From NCBI GenBank assembly GCA_004431415.1, contig QPMI01000179.1, positions 62,001 through 126,000 on the forward strand: a stretch of 64,000 nt of DNA, written 5' to 3'. The notes under the pieces are model-generated. The model saw only the letters and a program-made list of their open reading frames with translations, searched no databases and was not told where the DNA came from. Source of the stretch: Cyanophora paradoxa CCMP329. Its lineage: Eukaryota > Plantae > Glaucophyta. Made by a program: the position numbers and the translations under genes. Shown here piece after piece: positions 1 to 12,330 of the stretch. Position 1 is the first letter of the stretch. Each line of letters starts with the position of its first letter.

Positions 1-412
1 GACAGAACTCTTTTTATCGCTATCTAATGAAGTCGAGTTATTTACAACAGAATCTGAAACTCTTTTACTTGAATCATCAAAAGAAGACTGGAGAACGGCT
101 TCGGACGCAGTGACATCTACTGAATCAGGACCCTTGTACTCAGAAGTGTGCACAAAACTTCCTTTCCCAGATGAGTCATAATTCAGCACCAGGTTGACAT
201 CACAGATTTCCGGCATGTTGTGGACAACTGATGTTTTACTCTTGCTTGGAACAAACCTGGCTAGCCGAGTACCTTCAGGTATTACTGCGGGTCCCCTGTC
301 AGACCTTGGATCGAGATTGACAAGCAATACCTTGATACGTCCTCCACGAGAATGAGCTGGGCCACCTGCCACATGGACAAACTCATTCTCGTTCCATTCT
401 CTAAAGTCATCA
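1..412 (-). pseudogene. Ty3/Gypsy pol fragment (protease-RT linker), running off the window edge
   Basis: Manual minus-strand translation ...RIKVLLVNLDPRSDRGPAVIPEGTRLARFVP...LVLNYDSSGKGSFV... resembles the linker at 63483-63986 (SNLSNRFDEKPVLLRKGVRLATFIP...IKLSYDQEGKGEYV), which lies directly upstream of RT. Confidence 0.55.
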
Positions 413-447
413 ATGCAAGGGGGCGCTTCTAGATCTAGAGCTAGCTG

Positions 448-2433
448 CCAGCTGCTTTAGCTAGCGCGCGTGCCCGCTTAGCGCTAGCCTGCCTAAGTAG
501 ATCTGTGCCGGCGCTGCCGTAGGCATGTTCAATATTAATTGATGAACGCATACACATTACTATTTGCAGCTGCGGCAGAGGTTGGGCGCCGTTCGGCTGT
601 GGTTGATGATCCGCCAGAAGCCCGGTGGCCTGAAGGTCCCGTGGTCGTCCAGCATGGCGTCAACGCGGCGGGCGCAGAGCAAAACTTACAGGCAGCGCTA
701 GCCGACAACACAAAAAAGCAATCTGAATCCGTGCACCACATGCCCCGACGCCCTAGGATGTAGTAGAAGAAGTACCATTCCTGTGCATCTTTTTCAATGT
801 ACTCCTTCTCCCCCTCTTGCCCTCGCTCTCCGAAATGTTCTCGCCAGCGTACTCACAAACGAACTGCGCCAAAACGGCTCAGCCGGGTGGATTGGCCACA
901 AGTGCACAGATCAATTCAAGCACCCGCCCCTCTTTGATAGGATCCAAGGCCCGCACCGCGTTGCCACGGCCGTCACTGGTCTTGAATATCTACATTTGAT
1001 GAGATAGCTTGCAAAGATGCAGCGCGCGCCGCTAACCTCAAGCCCCGCCGTCGTTGCCATGGCCGGCGTGAGCCGCCGCGAGGGCTCGATGGCTCTATCG
1101 AGCTGCTCCTTCGGAACTTTGAATTCCTGCTGCCTGCTGGCGCGCCGCGTGCATCCGCCCCATGCTTGGAAAGTAACGATTCACGTACCCAGGCTTCGGC
1201 AAGTTGCCAAGCAGGCCATGAGTGATTCGGACTACGAGGACATGCCAGAGCTCGTCGCCGACCCGCAACCAGCTGCAGCTAGCGCTAGCGCTACGTGACT
1301 GTGCCAGTTACTCGCCATCTATGTCCGGATCACGGACATCATGAGTTACGTGACTTGGCCCAGTGAGCTGGGCAACAAGGAGAGGAAGGAGATGAAGGGC
1401 AAACAGCAGCATGACGTGCGCGTGCGGATCGTGGAGGTGCCAACTCTCCAGGAAGAATGCAAGTGTGGCCACCCCGAGGACAGCGACAACTACTTTTGTG
1501 ACGCGTGCTTGGAGCTGTTTCGTGCCTCCAGCGAGGTCTCCCCGATCCGCCTGCACCCTTGTATCGGCGCGCGCCACGCCCTTTGCTGCACTCACGCTGG
1601 CGTGGCTTGGTCCGCAGGTGGAGATCAAGATGACCAATAAGGGCTGGGCCGCTTAGCCGGCCTGTAGCGGCGCCCGGCCCTGCCGTACCCTTTAGCGGCG
1701 CGCCATAGCCTGTAGCGATGCCCGGCCCTGTGTCTGACTTGAGAGGACTCGCCAGGCTGAGATATGACGGCGGCACGCGCTGCGGGCGGAGGGGGGATCC
1801 GGAGGGTTGGCGGGCGGCGTCGAGGCGCCAGCTAGGCGGCACGCGGTGCGCGACGCGTTGCAGGAGGCGCACGCTGTGGGCGGGCAGAGGGGGCGGCGCG
1901 ACTCAAAGGCACTTGAAGGACAGAGCGCTAGCAGAGCTGAACTCGCCGCCCGCGGCCTCCCCCAGGAGGCCGCCCAACCCACCCTCGACCATCCGCCGCG
2001 CCTCCCGCCACGGAGCCGAGGCGGCGCGCGCTTGCCGTGCCTGCACCCCGTCCGGCGAGCCTCCCTCCTCCCCCCTTCCCCCGCCCGGCGAGCCGCGGCG
2101 CTGCCCGCCGCACCCAGGAGGCTCGCCTGGCGTAGCGTGAGGCGCGGCGGGCGGTGACGCCGGTGTGGTTCGCCAAGGGTGGCGGGGTGGGGGCCCCATC
2201 CCTGAGGGGCCCCATCCCTTCCTGCCCAGTGCGAACCTGTACCTGCTGCCTTTTAGGGCATGTAAAGCACTCAAATGTCTCTCCTGTATAGCTTTCCCGA
2301 CCCCTGCAGAGCCTCCGCTGTGCACGTGACTGGGCGCCCTGCCTTTGCTGCTTTTTCTCTTTTGAGGGTCATGATCATGATCACGCAGACAAAATATTGA
2401 ACCACCAGCACGCGAATGAGTGACAAAATGAAA
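448..2433 (+). repeat. ~2-kb direct repeat, copy 1 (copy 2 at 10342-12330)
   Basis: Near-identical from CCAGCTGCTTTAGCTAGC to GACAAAATGAAA; the ORF track repeats with a ~9.9-kb offset. Confidence 0.97.
1341..1656 (+). pseudogene. Truncated Cys-cluster + SET-domain-like gene fragment with a GT-AG intron (1536-1617)
   Basis: Exon ...EECKCGHPEDSDNYFCDACLELFRASSE, intron GT..CTCAC..CCGCAG, then VEIKMTNKGW (SET N-terminal KGWG-like motif). Paralogous to 2434-3200. Confidence 0.5.
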
Positions 2434-3200
2434 CGAGAAGAAGCCGTATCCAGACCCGAAGAAGCTCAAGAAAGCCGTGGAAGACCCAGACTGGACAGAG
2501 GAAACGCCGGCCAAGAAAGGCAAGCAGCAGGAGCAAGCAACGCCGCCCAGCACCAACCCTGTGACGGGCCTGCTGACCCCTGCGGATCACAATATCGACT
2601 TTCTCGTGAACTGGGGTCCCATCAAGCTTGACCAAGGCCCGCTTCACACGCCGTACCAGTGCAAGCGCGTGAGCGTGGAGATTCCAACTCTCCAGGAAGA
2701 CTGTGAGTGCGGCAAGCCCAAGGACGGCGACAACTACGTTTGCCACGCGTGCATGGACCTGCTCTGTGCCTTCTGTGAGGTCGCCCCGGTCTGCCTGCAC
2801 CCTTCTTATCGGCGCGCGGCGCGCCCTTTGCTGCACTCCGAGGCTCATGCTGGCTTGGCTCGATCTGCAGGTGGAGATCAAAATGACCGCAAAGGGCTAG
2901 GGCGCTTTTGTGACTGCCTACATGCCGCCGCACTCGAAGATCGGCCCCTACATGGGGACGGTCTATCCTATGTCCAAGAAATCGGTGCACATTGTCGCTC
3001 GTGCATGAGCTTGCCAGCGATTCGCTCGGGGCCATGGCTACGCTGACGCTTGAGCTGCAGGCAATCCTCAAAGCCTACAATGAGCAGAACAAGAAGCCGG
3101 CCCTGATGATGCTGGATGAGGATAACTACATCAATGCCGGGGCTGTTGGCCCCAATGGCATCCAGAAAGTCGAGGAGATCACTTAGAACTACCGCTCCTT
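2434..3200 (+). pseudogene. SET-domain-like (histone lysine methyltransferase-like) gene remnant, 3 exons, introns 2780-2870 and 2985-3060
   Basis: Phase-0 GT-AG splicing gives ...EDCECGKPKDGDNYVCHACMDLLCAFCE|VEIKMTAKG*GAFVTAYMPPHSKIGPYMGTVYPMSKKS|AILKAYNEQNKKPALMMLDEDNYINAG.... The * (TAG 2898-2900) is TGG in the paralog. KGWG, GPYxGxV and YI(D/N)A match SET-domain motifs. Confidence 0.55.
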
Positions 3201-3380
3201 GGTCGGGGTGCGTTGCCCTGCCCTTGCTGCACGCTATACCTATCACGTGCACAGTATAGCGCTATGGCCGCTTATTAATATTGCAATTGGGCGCCGGCAC
3301 ACCGCATACAGGGCACCAAGGAGGACGAGGAGGTGTGCCTCTGCGGTGGCGGTGCCAAGTGCAAGGGGCGCTTCTAGATC

Positions 3381-4140
3381 TAGAGAGAGAGAGAGAGCAA
3401 GTAAAAGACACGCCCACGCCAGCAAGACTGGGTATGACAGAACCGCAGAGGCCCCTAAAGGAGCTTGCAAGGCTCTGTCAGGGACCCACTAGCAGTGGGT
3501 AGTGATGAGAGATGCTCTCGAAAACCTGCGAAAGACAAGCTGCACAAGGTCCCTACCCGAGCCGTAGGGCCCCCATGCAATGACAAAGCCCTAACTTCCT
3601 GAACCGACCTGCTCCCTAACAGGCCGGACAGGGTGTTAGGGATGAGGGGTGTGGGGGGGAAACCTGGAAGAACATTCGGGAAAACTGGACAAATAAGCCC
3701 AAAAGCAGTATTAAAATATGCAGAAAGCGCAAAAACAAACAGGAGAACACTATTTAAATTTGGTAGAGAAAAAGAGATGAAGCAAAAGACAGAAGCAAAA
3801 GACACGCCCGTGGACTGGGGTTGCAGGGTACGCCAACATTGCAGAAGCCCCTAGTTTCATTTGGTAGCCCACACCGGAAGGAGCAAGGGGACAGTCAGAG
3901 AGATACTAGAATGAGCAAGGAGTGCCACAAAGATACTGTTCCTTGTGGAAGGGCGAATCAAGAAGGAAGGGGCTAAGCGGCTAGATCTCTAGAAATAACG
4001 CGACAACTGAGTTTGTGCAAGGGCAAACGGCTGGCAAGTAAAGTCAATGGAAAAGAAAGGCAATAACGCCGTGAAAAGATTTGCCCAGGAAGGAAGGAAC
4101 AAAGCAGCGACAGAATTTAGAAGATGGAGCAACAACTGAG
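3381..4140 (-). mobile_element. Stacked LINE-related 3' UTR(s) ending in a (CT)n tail
   Basis: (GA)n run at ~3383-3397 next to AAAAGACACGCCC. The same terminal motif recurs at ~3797-3809 and, as TAAGACACGCCC, at 4161-4172. An independent copy of this end lies at ~41300-41597 (+). Confidence 0.6.
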
Positions 4141-5070
4141 AAGAAGAAGAAGAGTATGTATAAGACACGCCCAAGCCGGTTGTGCGGTTTTGACGAAAGG
4201 CGAAGGACCCGAAGGCCCGAAGCACAATCGACAGTGAACCAACCAGACAAGGGTAGTGGCGGCGCAGACGGGCGCCTATACAGTTCACCATGTATGCCCC
4301 GGCGGTCCGGCGCTCATACACGCAAACCTGGAAAACAATCGGCGAAATCCCAATGCGGGCCTCTTCCTAATGCCGGCCTGGGGTATTCCCGATCCTGTTT
4401 AGAGCTTTAAACCCCAGTCGAGGAGAGAAATTGAAGGTCCATGGCATCAGCTTCAGCATCATAGTCAATGAGCACCACAGGAGAACCCGAATCATCACTG
4501 AGAACTGAAAGGTCAGCAGGAGAGGAAAGATGCAAACGTTTAACGGAAGGAAGAAAAGATGGGTCAATAGTACCGTCTGGGTAACCATAGGCATCCGAGA
4601 GGCAAGGAGGAGCAGGGGTAGAGGGTCGACGGCGCTTCAGGTTGAAATCAGGAGCCAAGACAGGATCAGTGTCCATAGGAACAGAGGAAGAAGGAAGAGA
4701 CGACGAATGGCCCCCAACATTGGGAGCATCCGCAGTAATATCAGCAGCAATTTCAGGGAAGAAAGAAATAAAGCTTCAAGTTCGGGATCAAGGAGGTCAA
4801 TAATAACTTGAGGAGAGAGCGGAGGCGAGCTGGGATCATCAGCATCATCATCGAGAACGCCAGGAGCTGGCGCAGGAGGGTCCAAAGCATCGACACGGCG
4901 ACGGCGAAGAGGCGGCTCGTCCTCAGTGTCAAAGTCCGGCGGGGGTGAGGGGAGTGTGAGAGGGCGAAGGAGACGGAGGAAGTAGAGGGTCAGGAGCAGG
5001 AGCAGGGTCCGGTGCCTCAGGAGGGTCGTCGTCATCCGAAGAGGAGCTTGTAGAAGAATCATCAGGTTCA

Positions 5071-7357
5071 TCAGGGCCAGGTCGGAAAGCTCTGAGGAGT
5101 CTGATCCAGTGTCAGGGGAGGATTCATAGCCTTCAAGATCCTCTTTTTCGAGCCGCTGCAATAGAACAGGCCGTGCACTGGCATAGGCAAACTGAGCAAC
5201 AAGGAGCTAGGAGCTAAATCGGGGCTAGGGGCAGGCTGAGTGATATGCTCGCAGTGCTCAAAAGAGGCTAGGGTATGGTCATAAGCACGAGCCGCGTCCA
5301 AGAGGTTAGAACAAAACGAAGAGTGAGATGGGTCAGCTGTAGAGATGAAACGGAAGTCCCCACGGACGTAAGTAGCTTTGAAACGAGGTAAACGGCGAGG
5401 AAGCATGTCCATAAAATCGTCGAGCTCGCGAAACAGGGCAGACATCAGAGTGGCCGTCTTCAAACCGGTTTTGGAGGAAGGCGTAAGGGGCAGCTGTATG
5501 TCAGGGTCCATCGCAAACGTAGCAGCAGCTTCAGAGCGACCTGTACGATAGGCCAGAGAATACGAGCGGAAAATGACGTGCAGACCAAGAATCCGAACAA
5601 CCTGCCACTCCCAGTTCTGCAAAAACATCCAAGTATCAGAGAAACGGACCGAGCCAGTGAGCAGCCAGGCAACGAATCGTGCAGAAGGAATGGGCATCGG
5701 CTGGAGCTGCAGGGCATGGAAGATAAGCGACCAAAACTGCTGCACTACGGGGCAAAGAGCAAAGACGTGCAGTGCGTTGCAGTACCGGTGGCAGACCGGA
5801 CATAGCGAAGAGAGAAGCTCACTGTCAAGCAAATTCGCCGAAGCGGGACGCTGAAGATCACGCGCAGCCATAGCAGCCATGCGGGACGATGTGCGGAGGG
5901 TGTTGTAGCGCAGAGCAAAGTAGCCGTCAAGGACGCGCTGCGTGAGAGCGTAGCGCAGGTCGGGATAACCGTATTGAACCAGGGGAAGCGATCGGTGCGA
6001 GCATCGTAGCCTGGCGGCCAGAGGAACTTAGGAGAGAGATCAGCACGCCACTTAGTCTCAGCGGTCGTCGGCGCCATGAAAGCGTGGGAGGAGAGGTACT
6101 TGTACACGTCGTGAACCGTGAAACGCGACGGGGCAGCAGGCAGCTTGTACGCAACCGACTTAGAGAGGCGCAGCTCTTCCTTTGAGCGATCGCTGATGTT
6201 CTCGCGGTCAGAGTAGAACGCAAACGTACGGGAAGACGACGGTGGCAGCGGACGGAGTGCAAGGTCGGAAAGCTGCAACGACTTCATGAGGAACCGGACG
6301 AGTGCGGGCATGGAGGACAACTTGCAAGCGTTCTTAACAAGGCTAAGCGCATGCGCAGGCACGGGAATGAAGTCGATCGCACGGGCCGCGGGCCGGATCG
6401 CAAGCACATCGGGAGGGCAACGGGACTGTCAATCGAAACATTGCAGGGCACGTCAATCTCATGGAAAGCGAGCTGTGTGTCAGGAAGAAGGCGAACGCGA
6501 CAGAGAGCTACTCCCTGGAGCGAGACGCGCTCAGCAGCAAGTTTCGAGAAAGGGCCGATAGCGAGACCTCCAGGTTCGTGTTTCCAGTCTGCAGTTTTAC
6601 CACAACGCCAAACCTCTTGCGCAAGTCGATTATTGAGCGCATGCAGCTGGTCGCGCAGTTGCTCGGGATAGGAGGGCTCGACATAGAGGGTATGTTCTCC
6701 AGAGAAATCCCAAATTTGATAGTTGAAACGGAAGCCGAGACGGAAAAGCAGCGAAAATGTGAAGTCACGCTCATAGTACGTGTCTTTCTTATACCAGGGG
6801 TGCATGATCGGCATACGCAGGAAATCCCAAGCGCAGCAGGGCTTCTTGACATCGAAAATAGTCCGCCAAGCTTCGAAGATGGCAAAGAACGGGTCAGCAG
6901 GCGGAGGCCACAGTGGTTTCACCAGGCGATCAGTCCTGTTGAGAAAAGGAAGCCAGAGCCCGAAACCACCATTCTCCGTGAAAGCCTCAATAATTTCTCG
7001 ACCAGGAAGAGCTGCCGGGGAAGCAAGCCACGATTCCAAAGAGTTTGCGGCAAAGGCCAGCTGGAAGTGTTCAGGGGAGGGTGCTCCGAGACCACCGAGA
7101 GATACAGGCCGACACGAAGCAGTGGTCATGCCCTGATGGGGTAAGATGAACGCATCAGAATTCGAAGAACGCTTCCAGACGAAGGTCTGTAGGGATTTTG
7201 AGATAGCCCGGAGAATAAGAGGGGGTGCTGGAACTGCCCGAATATAGAAGCTCAATACGCCCTGACAGAAGGCATAGGCTATGCGACCCCGTCCAAGAAG
7301 GGAGGACTGGAAATCAACAGCTGTCTCCGTAAAGAAGGTCGCTTTATACTGAATCAT
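5071..7357 (-). pseudogene. LINE ORF2: post-RT region and CCHC (zf-RVT-like) finger, in several frames
   Basis: RPVSLGGLGAP motif (6284..7357) and CPVCHRYCNALHVFALCP (5071..5880). Confidence 0.8.
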
Positions 7358-8443
7358 GTTCCATGATTGATGATGCTCACGATCAAGAAGGAGCTGATGC
7401 GGGAAACCCAGCTGCTTATGGCAGGCGGGTCGAGCTCAGAGGCGCGAAGAACAGGGAAAGGCAGGGGATCAGCAGGATCAAGATCCAAAGATGAGGAGCA
7501 GGTTCCTGAGGACGATTGCAAGAGATTTCTCCATAGATAAATGCTGACCAGAGAGAGGTTTAAAAGAGCCAAAACGTGCATGGATAGCCAAGAGGGAGTC
7601 ACGCAGAGATAGCCCCTGGGCGCGGAGCAGGAACAGTTGATAAATATCGTCAGCAAACTGGACAAGGGGGTGCCAACAGGGCGGGTATATCAGTGAGCGA
7701 AAGCAAGAGAGAACGTAGAGGGCTGATCGAGAGAATGAAAGAAACTGGGCTCCAGGGACCACCTTGAATGGTGCCCACAAGACGTGAGAAAACAGAAGAG
7801 AAGAGCCCATTCGCAAATACACGTGCACGGAGGGAGCTCTAGGGTTGTACAAGCAGTGATGCATCCGTCGGATAAGCCAGGGCCACTGTTGAACATGGAG
7901 AACGAGCGCCATAATAACCCAGAGCAACAGATCGTAGGCAGACTTGAGATCCGAGTCGAACCCAATAACACAATCATAATTGGCGTAGCGGATGCGTGTA
8001 TACGTGGCCAGCACTGCAAAGATGTTTTTATGAACATCCCGACCTTGTACAAATCCAAACTGATCTTCAGGAATGATGAGTTGCAAGATTGGATTGGCTA
8101 GCGTAACCATAGTCCGCTCAAAAAGGCGCAGGAGCGTGTTAGAGACTCCAATAGGTCGGTATTTCGAGGCATCAGTGGGTAGGCCAGCCCGTTTCCAGAT
8201 GAAAGTATAGGTCAAGTCACGCATAAAATCAGGAAGGAAGCCTTGAAAAGCAACCTTCTGGAAGTAGGCAGCCAGGAAAACAGACCAAGGTTTAATGTGC
8301 ATCTTAAAGACACCAACGGGTATCCCATCCGGGCCTGGCGCCCCATGGGCATATGCTTTACTGATGGAAAAAGCTACGTCATCAGGTGAGATTTTAGACT
8401 GGGTGCGCCAGGCAGGAGGGACCGTGCCCTGAACATGAGGCAA
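7354..8443 (-). pseudogene. LINE ORF2: reverse transcriptase (frameshifted)
   Basis: APGPDGIP, KYRPIGVSN, QFGFVQGR, DLKSAYD and QFADD motifs. Confidence 0.9.
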
Positions 8444-9041
8444 GAGGTCGTCCCCAAATTGCTGAATGAAAGCAGCAGCGGAAGGATTATCCTGGGCAGC
8501 AGGAAGGGGATATCAACAGTAGGGTCCTCGGGGGTTCAGGAGGGGGCAGAGAGAGTCGAGGATAGAGGTCTGAGTCAACAGGAAAGCAGGGGTAGGAGCG
8601 CCCAGTTCTTCAAGCTTCCTAGCCAAATAGTTCGCAACCGCGGCAGGCTCAACAGCGACAGCAGTGGAACCATCCGAGGTGAAGTGCAGTGGCGGGGAAC
8701 AACGGAGGAGGGCTTGGCGAGCCGCGCCCAGTCGCGCTTAGAGCCGCTTTCAAACGTGAGCCGGTGCTGAAGTCTAGCGAGCTGGCGATTGTTGAGAGAG
8801 ACCTTCTTCTGAAGTTCGCGCAGGGATTCAAGCCTCTGGGTGCGCTCGCGGTACAGCGCGACAGCATCGGAGCCGGGCGGCAAGCGGTAGATCTTCACCT
8901 CGACATCGCCCAGCGCCTTGTACGCCGCGCGCTCATGCGTGTATAGCTTGCTTATCACATGTGCTCTGTGTTTACGTGCCATTTTGCAGAGCCGCTTACA
9001 GAATGCGCGCCATGTGTCATCAAAGGCGGCAGCATCAACAA

Positions 9042-9556
9042 CTACCCATTGTCCCCACGTTCTTGCAGGACAGTGTTCAGGAACTGAGTTAAGTGCGTTT
9101 CCGTACGCTTGCGCAGAGCTGGGTCAAGACAGACTGGGTCGCCGCGCTGAGAGTACTGTCCAGGCAGGTTGCTGACAAAATCGTACGGGAACGCTTGCAC
9201 GCGGGACCGGGGCGAGTGACGGTGCACACGAGGGCCTGAAAAGGAGAGAACAACAATACGGTGGTCAAGCTGAAGATGGAGCGCATCAGACGGCGCTAGG
9301 AGCGAGTACGTGGCAAGGCGGCGCTGGAACCACTTGGTTGCAAGAGCAAAGTCGAGGCGCGAGTTAACAGCTTTAAGGCTAACAATGCGCGAATAAGTTG
9401 GGGCGAAAGCAGATGCAGGCTCGCCGGCAGGAGGCGGCGGAGCATGGTTCGCAAGATCATCAAGCTGGTGGAAGGTCATCGTTGTGCGAAGGTACGAGCG
9501 CTGCAGGGAATTAGGCTTTGGAGTGCGGTGATTCCAGTCTCCGATAAGAAGCATAG
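9042..9556 (-). pseudogene. LINE ORF2: C-terminal half of the APE endonuclease
   Basis: LLIGDWN, PTY, SRLDFAL and LDHRIV motifs; the N-terminal half is absent. Confidence 0.85.
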
Positions 9557-10341
9557 GCAACAACTGAGCTCGTGGAGGGCCACAACTGCCCGAAGACAGA
9601 AGAAGAAGAAGAGTATGTGACCGAAGACACTATGAAGAAAGCTGGATGCAGGACAGCAGCAAATGCAGGCTAGAAAGAAGGCGTGAGTGAGCACGTACCA
9701 ACAACTGAGCAGAGCGTGCGATAAGCAGAGCAAGTTGAACATAGCAAACATAGTGGTGCAATCGGACAGAGAGCGGGCGAACATATCTGCAGTTGACAGG
9801 GACGAGAGAGCGAGGACACGCTGCACAGACCTGGAGGCCAGTAAGCGGGAGAGCTGTGATGAGCTGAGAGCATCGGCTGCGAGGTCATTTAAGCCTACTA
9901 GGCTACAAGCAATGGTGACGGTGGCGCTGCACGCAGTTTGACTGCCGCAAGGCAGGCGAGAAGTTGGAACATGCAGGCTGCGGTCGCGGTGTGTGCAAGC
10001 ATGGAGTGTAAAAGATAGAAAGAAAGCGCGGGCATCGCGCGGGCACGATGACGACTGCGTACGACGAGGACGTGAGAGTGACGAAAGCCACGGCGGACGG
10101 ACGGGATTGCCGGACAGTAAGCAAGCATTGAGAAGAGGCGCAACGATCCGCAAGAGGTGAGAAGACGCACAGGGATCCCAAAGAGACAGCAAGTCGGGGT
10201 TGAGGCGCTGTGGCGAGAGGCACATGAGGCGGCAGGGGACGATGAGAAGAATGCGTCCGTATGCACGGAGCAGTACGCGAGTGGGTCAAAGGCCAGAAAA
10301 TGGGCCAATGGCCAAACAGGGGGGTACGGCGCTACTTAAGT

Positions 10342-12330
10342 CCAGCTGCTTTAGCTAGCGCGCGTGCCCGCTTAGCGCTAGCCTGCCTAAGTAGATCTGT
10401 GCCGGCGCTGCCGTAGGCATGTTCAATATTAATTGATGAACGCATACACATTACTATTTGCAGCTGCGGCAGAGGTTGGGCGCCGTTCGGCTGTGGTTGA
10501 TGATCCGCCCGAAGCCCAGTGGCCTGAAGGTCCCGCGGTCGTCCAGCATGGCGTCAACGCGGCGGGCGCAGAGCAAAACTTACAGGCAGCGCTAGCCGAC
10601 AACACAAAAAAGCAATCTGAATCCGTGCACCACATGCACTGACGCCCTAGGATGTAGTAGAAGAAGTACCATTCCTGTGCTTCTTTTTCAACGTACTCCT
10701 TCTCCCCCTCTTGCCCTCGCTCTCCGAAATGTTCTCGCCAGCGTACTCACAAACGAACTGCGCCAAAACGGCTCAGCCGGGTGGATTGGCCACAAGTGCA
10801 CAGATCAATTCAAGCACCCGCCCCTCTTTGATAGGATCCAAGGCCCGCACCGCGTTGCCACGGCCGTCACTGGTCTTGAATATCTACATTTGATGAGATA
10901 GCTTGCAAAGATGCAGCGCGCGCCGCTAACCTCAAGCCCCGCCGTCGTTGCCATGGCCGGCCTGAGCCGCCGCGAGGGCTCGATGGCTCTATCGAGCTGC
11001 TCCTTCGGAACTTTGAATTCCTGCTGCCTGCTGGCGCGCCGCGTGCATCCGCCCCATGCTTCGAAAGTAACGATTCACGTACCCAGGCTTCGGCAAGTTG
11101 CCAAGCAGGCCATGAGTGATTCGGACTACGAGGACATGCCGGAGCTCGTCGCCGACCCGCAACCAGCTGCAGCTAGCGCTAGCGCTACGTGACTGTGCCA
11201 GTTACTCGCCATCTATGTCCGGATCACGGACATCATGAGTTACGTGACTTGGCCCAGTGAGCTGGGCAACAAGGAGAGGAAGGAGATGAAGGGCAAACAG
11301 CAGCATGACGTGCGCGTGCGGATCGTGGAGGTGCCAACTCTCCAGGAAGAATGCAAGTGTGGCCACCCCGAGGACGGCGACAACTACTTTTGTGATGCGT
11401 GCTTGGAGCTGTTTCGTGCCTCCAGCGAGGTCTCCCCGATCCGCCTGCACCCTTGTATCGGCGCGCGCCACGCCCTTTGCTGCACTCACGCTGGCGTGGC
11501 TTGGTCCGCAGGTGGAGATCAAGATGACCAATAAGGGCTGGGCCGCTTAGCCGGCCTGTAGCGGCGCCCGGCCCTGCCGTACCCTTTAGCGGCGTGCCAT
11601 AGCCTGTAGCGATGCCCGGCCCTGTGTCTGACTTGAGAGGACTCGCCAGGCTGAGATATGACGGCGGCGCGCGCTGCGGGCGGAGGGGGGATCCGGAGGG
11701 TTGGCGGGCGGCGTCGAGGCGCCAGCTAGGCGGCACGCGGTGCGCGACGCGTTGCAGGAGGCGCACGCTGTGGGCGGGCAGAGGGGGCGGCGCGACTCAA
11801 AGGCACTTGAAGGACAGAGCGCTAGCAGAGCTGAACTCGCCGCCCGTGGCCTCCCCCAGGAGGCCACCCAACCCGCCCTCGACCATCCGCCGCGCCTCCC
11901 GCCACGGAGCCGAGGCGGCGCGCGCTTGCCGTGCCTGCACCCCGTCCGGCGAGCCTCCCTCCTCCCCCCTTCCCCCGCCCGGCGAGCCGCGGCGCCGCCC
12001 GCCGCACCCAGGAGGCTCGCCGGGCGTAGCGTGAGGCGCGGCGGGCGGTGACGCCGGCGTGGTTCGCCAAGGGTGGCGGGGTGGGGGCCGGGGGGCGGCT
12101 GAGGGGCCCCATCCCTTCCTGCCCAGTGCGAACCTGTACCTGCTGCCTTTTAGGGCATGTAAAGCACTCAAATGTCTCTCCTGTATAGCTTTCCCGACCC
12201 CTGCAGAGCCTCCGCTGTGCACGTGACTGGGCGGCCTGCCTTTGCTGCTTTTTCTCTTTTGAGGGTCATGATCATGATCACGCAGACAAAATATTGAACC
12301 ACCAGCGCGCGAATGAGTGACAAAATGAAA
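10342..12330 (+). repeat. ~2-kb direct repeat, copy 2 (includes SET-like fragment 11235-11550)
   Basis: Matches 448-2433 with roughly 22 substitutions (manual count) and one short rearranged patch. Confidence 0.97.

Larger units (their letters stand above)
4141..9556 (-). mobile_element. 5'-truncated L1/Tx1-like non-LTR retrotransposon with (CTT)n tail and 12-bp TSD
   Basis: APE, RT and C-terminal Zn-finger motifs in order on the minus strand; (AAG)4 at 4141-4152; GCAACAACTGAG at both 4129-4140 and 9557-9568. Confidence 0.9.

Noticed and set aside
448-12330. 2-kb direct repeats as LTRs of the enclosed RT
   Set aside because: No TG..CA ends, PBS or PPT; the enclosed element is a LINE with its own TSD.
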